A DNA stretch of 61,155 nucleotides, filler included, from Fonticula-like sp. SCN 57-25 (lineage: Eukaryota), in the NCBI GenBank assembly GCA_001724245.1. It is 4 parts of 4 records of this genome, joined end to end, with 100 filler letters (N's around TTAATTAATTAA, not from the genome) between each part and the next. Parts side by side here need not be neighbours in the genome. Positions count along the whole stretch, not along the records: positions 46,354 to 61,155 come from MEDX01000153.1; 3 more parts are not named here. The stretch is one strand, 5' to 3'. The number at the start of each line of letters is the position of its first letter. Positions within the stretch are counted from its first letter, which is position 1. Position numbers and translations under genes: made by a program. Shown here one piece after another: positions 58,999-61,155 of this stretch. The notes under the pieces are model-generated. The model saw only the letters and a list, made by a program, of their open reading frames with translations, did not search any database and had not been told where the DNA came from.

Positions 58999-60056
58999 TT
59001 AGATCAAATTGTGCACCATCACGCTCTGAACGGCGACGATGATAAAGTTGACAGCGCCGGCGATCGAGGAGGCGGCCTCGAGGCTCGACGAGTACTGGGT
59101 GAGGAGCTGGACGGCGATGATCGCGACAGTGGCTGTTCAACCGTGCGTAAGTAAAAGCCACGCTAAAAATAGTGTCAGTTCGTACTGCGGAAGATGGAGC
59201 GGGCGACCGAGTAGTCGCTGCCGACGAGCTTGGCATCAATGCTGCGGGAGAAGGTGTTGGCGATGAGGAGGGCAACGGCGCCGTAGACAAAGGTCTTCTC
59301 GTCCTCGCGGTCGAGGACAATCGGGAGCAGGATAGCCTTGATGGCGGTGATGATGGTGAAGAGGGTAAAGTGGCTCGTCACGTACGAGGCGCGGGGGTGC
59401 GTCACAAACATGGAGAGAGTGTCGACCCAGTGGACGAACGAGAGGAGGGAGAAAAGAGTCACGAGGTTGCACGCTCCCTTGGGCGCGTCGACGGCGTCAA
59501 AGAGCGCGTCGGGGGTGAAGCCGGCCTTGGAGTTGTAGACCTGGATCAGGGCGCAGACGGTGAACACCATGGCGTAGATGCGGCGCTCGAGCACGACGCT
59601 CGTGAGCTGCACGAGCATCGTGATGAAGCGCTCCCACGGGTTGGGGTGCGAGCGGACGGCGCCGGGGGCGGCCTCCTCGTGGGAGTGGTGCGAGTGGCCG
59701 TGATCGTGCGAGTGGCCGTGATCCTCCTCGGAAGCGGCAGCAGCCTCGTACTCGGCCTCAACCTCGGCCTCCGACTTGGCAGCGGGCGAGCTGCTGATCG
59801 CGCTCATGAGCGAGACGCCCTTGGAGCCGCTGCGGCGGGGCGACGGCGAGGAGCTCGCGGGCGACGACGACGCGGGCGAGGCCACGGTGACGTTCAAAAA
59901 CTCGCTGGCGCGGCCAATCAGCTCCTCAGAGGTGCCGTACGAGACGAGGCCATTGTCGCGGCAGAACGCCTGGAGCTCGCGGACGGACCACAGCCAGGGC
60001 TCATTGGGCGCTTCAACGCGCGTCTTCTTCTTGCGGGGGGACACGTTCGGGGCCAT
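58999..60056 (-). CDS. NLS + SAP-like domain + His-rich linker + multipass membrane protein; 1 intron
   Basis: PRKKKTR; WSVRELQAFCRDNGLVSYGTSEELIGRA; HGHSHDHGHSHHSH; about 5-6 TM helices. Confidence 0.75.
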
Positions 60057-60174
60057 GGCGATTGCGATGGAGGCGGGTGGGTGGTTACTCCTTACCGAGA
60101 GAGGAAAGGAAAATGGCGCAAACTGGCCATAACGGCCGACCGTTGCATTTTCTTGGACGCGGAATTTCTACGTG

Positions 60175-60215
60175 GACCAATCAGATCGCTTAGACGAACC
60201 AATGATCCAATCAGG
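60175..60215. promoter_or_regulatory. Cluster of three CCAAT boxes upstream of the SAP-TM gene
   Basis: ACCAATCAG, ACCAATG and TCCAATCAG within about 40 bp; ACCAATCAG also occurs upstream of AMPD, NT5C and PEMT. Confidence 0.55.
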
Positions 60216-60591
60216 ACGCAGATAGCATCGAATCAACCGCCAACGGCCATCGCGATCCGTGTTGCTGACCACTCTACAAAACCTGGCTATAAACTGGCTA
60301 TAAAATTAGACACAAAAAGACAGCACTAAAATAAGTGCGGCATAGCTGTGGCGGTATATAAACTAGGTAGCAATTTAAACTGTCCACCTAGCACATGGCC
60401 AAGTATAGTGTCCTGCCCCGGCAGTGTACATTGCATAGGACTTTGCACAGCCCTTTTCTTGTCGACGCGTCACGAAAGAAGCCATAATTTTATTCACATT
60501 CTACTTGAAAAAGGACAGCGGATGGTCTCAGATTGTGCATCCGGCCTTGCTAGTGTACAAAACTACAAATAAAGGCGTGCGCCTTGCTATA

Positions 60592-61155
60592 CTACATTGG
60601 CCTGAGCACGAGAGCCCCCTCGTGGGCGTCAAAGACAATCCCCTTTAGCTCAAGCTTGTTCATAACGGCCGACCGAATCCGCGGCTGCTTATCAATGCTG
60701 TGACGCCCCGCCCCCGTAATGATCGTCAGCGTCGGCGTGGTGCGCCCGTGCGTCGCGCGCCAAATAGGCAGCGCGCCCTCTACGACGGCGAGCGCCTGCG
60801 ACACGGTCAAACCGTGCAGGTCCAGCTCACCGCCGTGCACATTATGTCTATACTGCGCAAGTCTATAAGGCAGTGAGTATAAAGCAGAGCGACAAGGAAA
60901 AAAGTGATAAAAAAGGTGCCGCACGTTGCCTGGACGGCCTTGTCGTTGGCCTCGCGGACGGTGCGGTGCAATTTTTCGGTTAGTTCCCTCGCGCGCTCCG
61001 AGTAGTACCTCGCTGCCTGCGGGTTCTTTCCATTAAACTCGCGCGCTGCTCTGCGGCGCATCTCGTCTCGCTCTGCGGCGAGCTCGCATGCGCGGTCCAT
61101 GAGCGGCGCGGTGAGCTCGCGGCCGACCGAGCGCGACGGCGGCAACGGCGACTGG
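60592..61155 (-). CDS. DUF1771 + Smr domain endonuclease (CUE2/N4BP2-like), 5'-truncated
   Basis: AARYYSERAR, ELDLHGLTVSQAL, IITGAGRHS. Confidence 0.88.

Overview
Gene-dense eukaryotic DNA: about 36 protein-coding genes, short (~40-60 nt) GT-AG introns with a strong GTRCGY donor, and very short bidirectional promoters. Three 100-nt N-gaps carrying a TTAATTAATTAA linker split it into four contigs. The gene mix suggests a unicellular opisthokont, possibly an early-branching holomycotan (inference). It combines fungal-like Vps1, Rad26, OPI3 and a Trl1-type CPDase with INTS14-like, ALDH8A1 and animal-like ATP synthase f. Most genes are housekeeping. The standout is a lower-GC island (~17.1-25.5 kb) holding three tandem, intact paralogues of a 7-blade WD40 / coiled-coil / tandem SAM-like protein. 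Their propellers are built from phase-0 exons of one repeat each, their predicted top-face residues differ between copies, their sequences are mosaic, and each has a conserved paired-CACGTG promoter. This is a candidate diversifying receptor system. Other notable items are a pseudokinase-HECT-like fusion, a CHUP1-like polyproline protein, arginine deiminase, a divergent Sec23 paralogue, an NLS-SAP-multipass membrane protein, an NT5C-methyltransferase-like fusion and a long hairpin in the RPS17 intron. All family assignments come from motif recognition by eye; no database searches were run.
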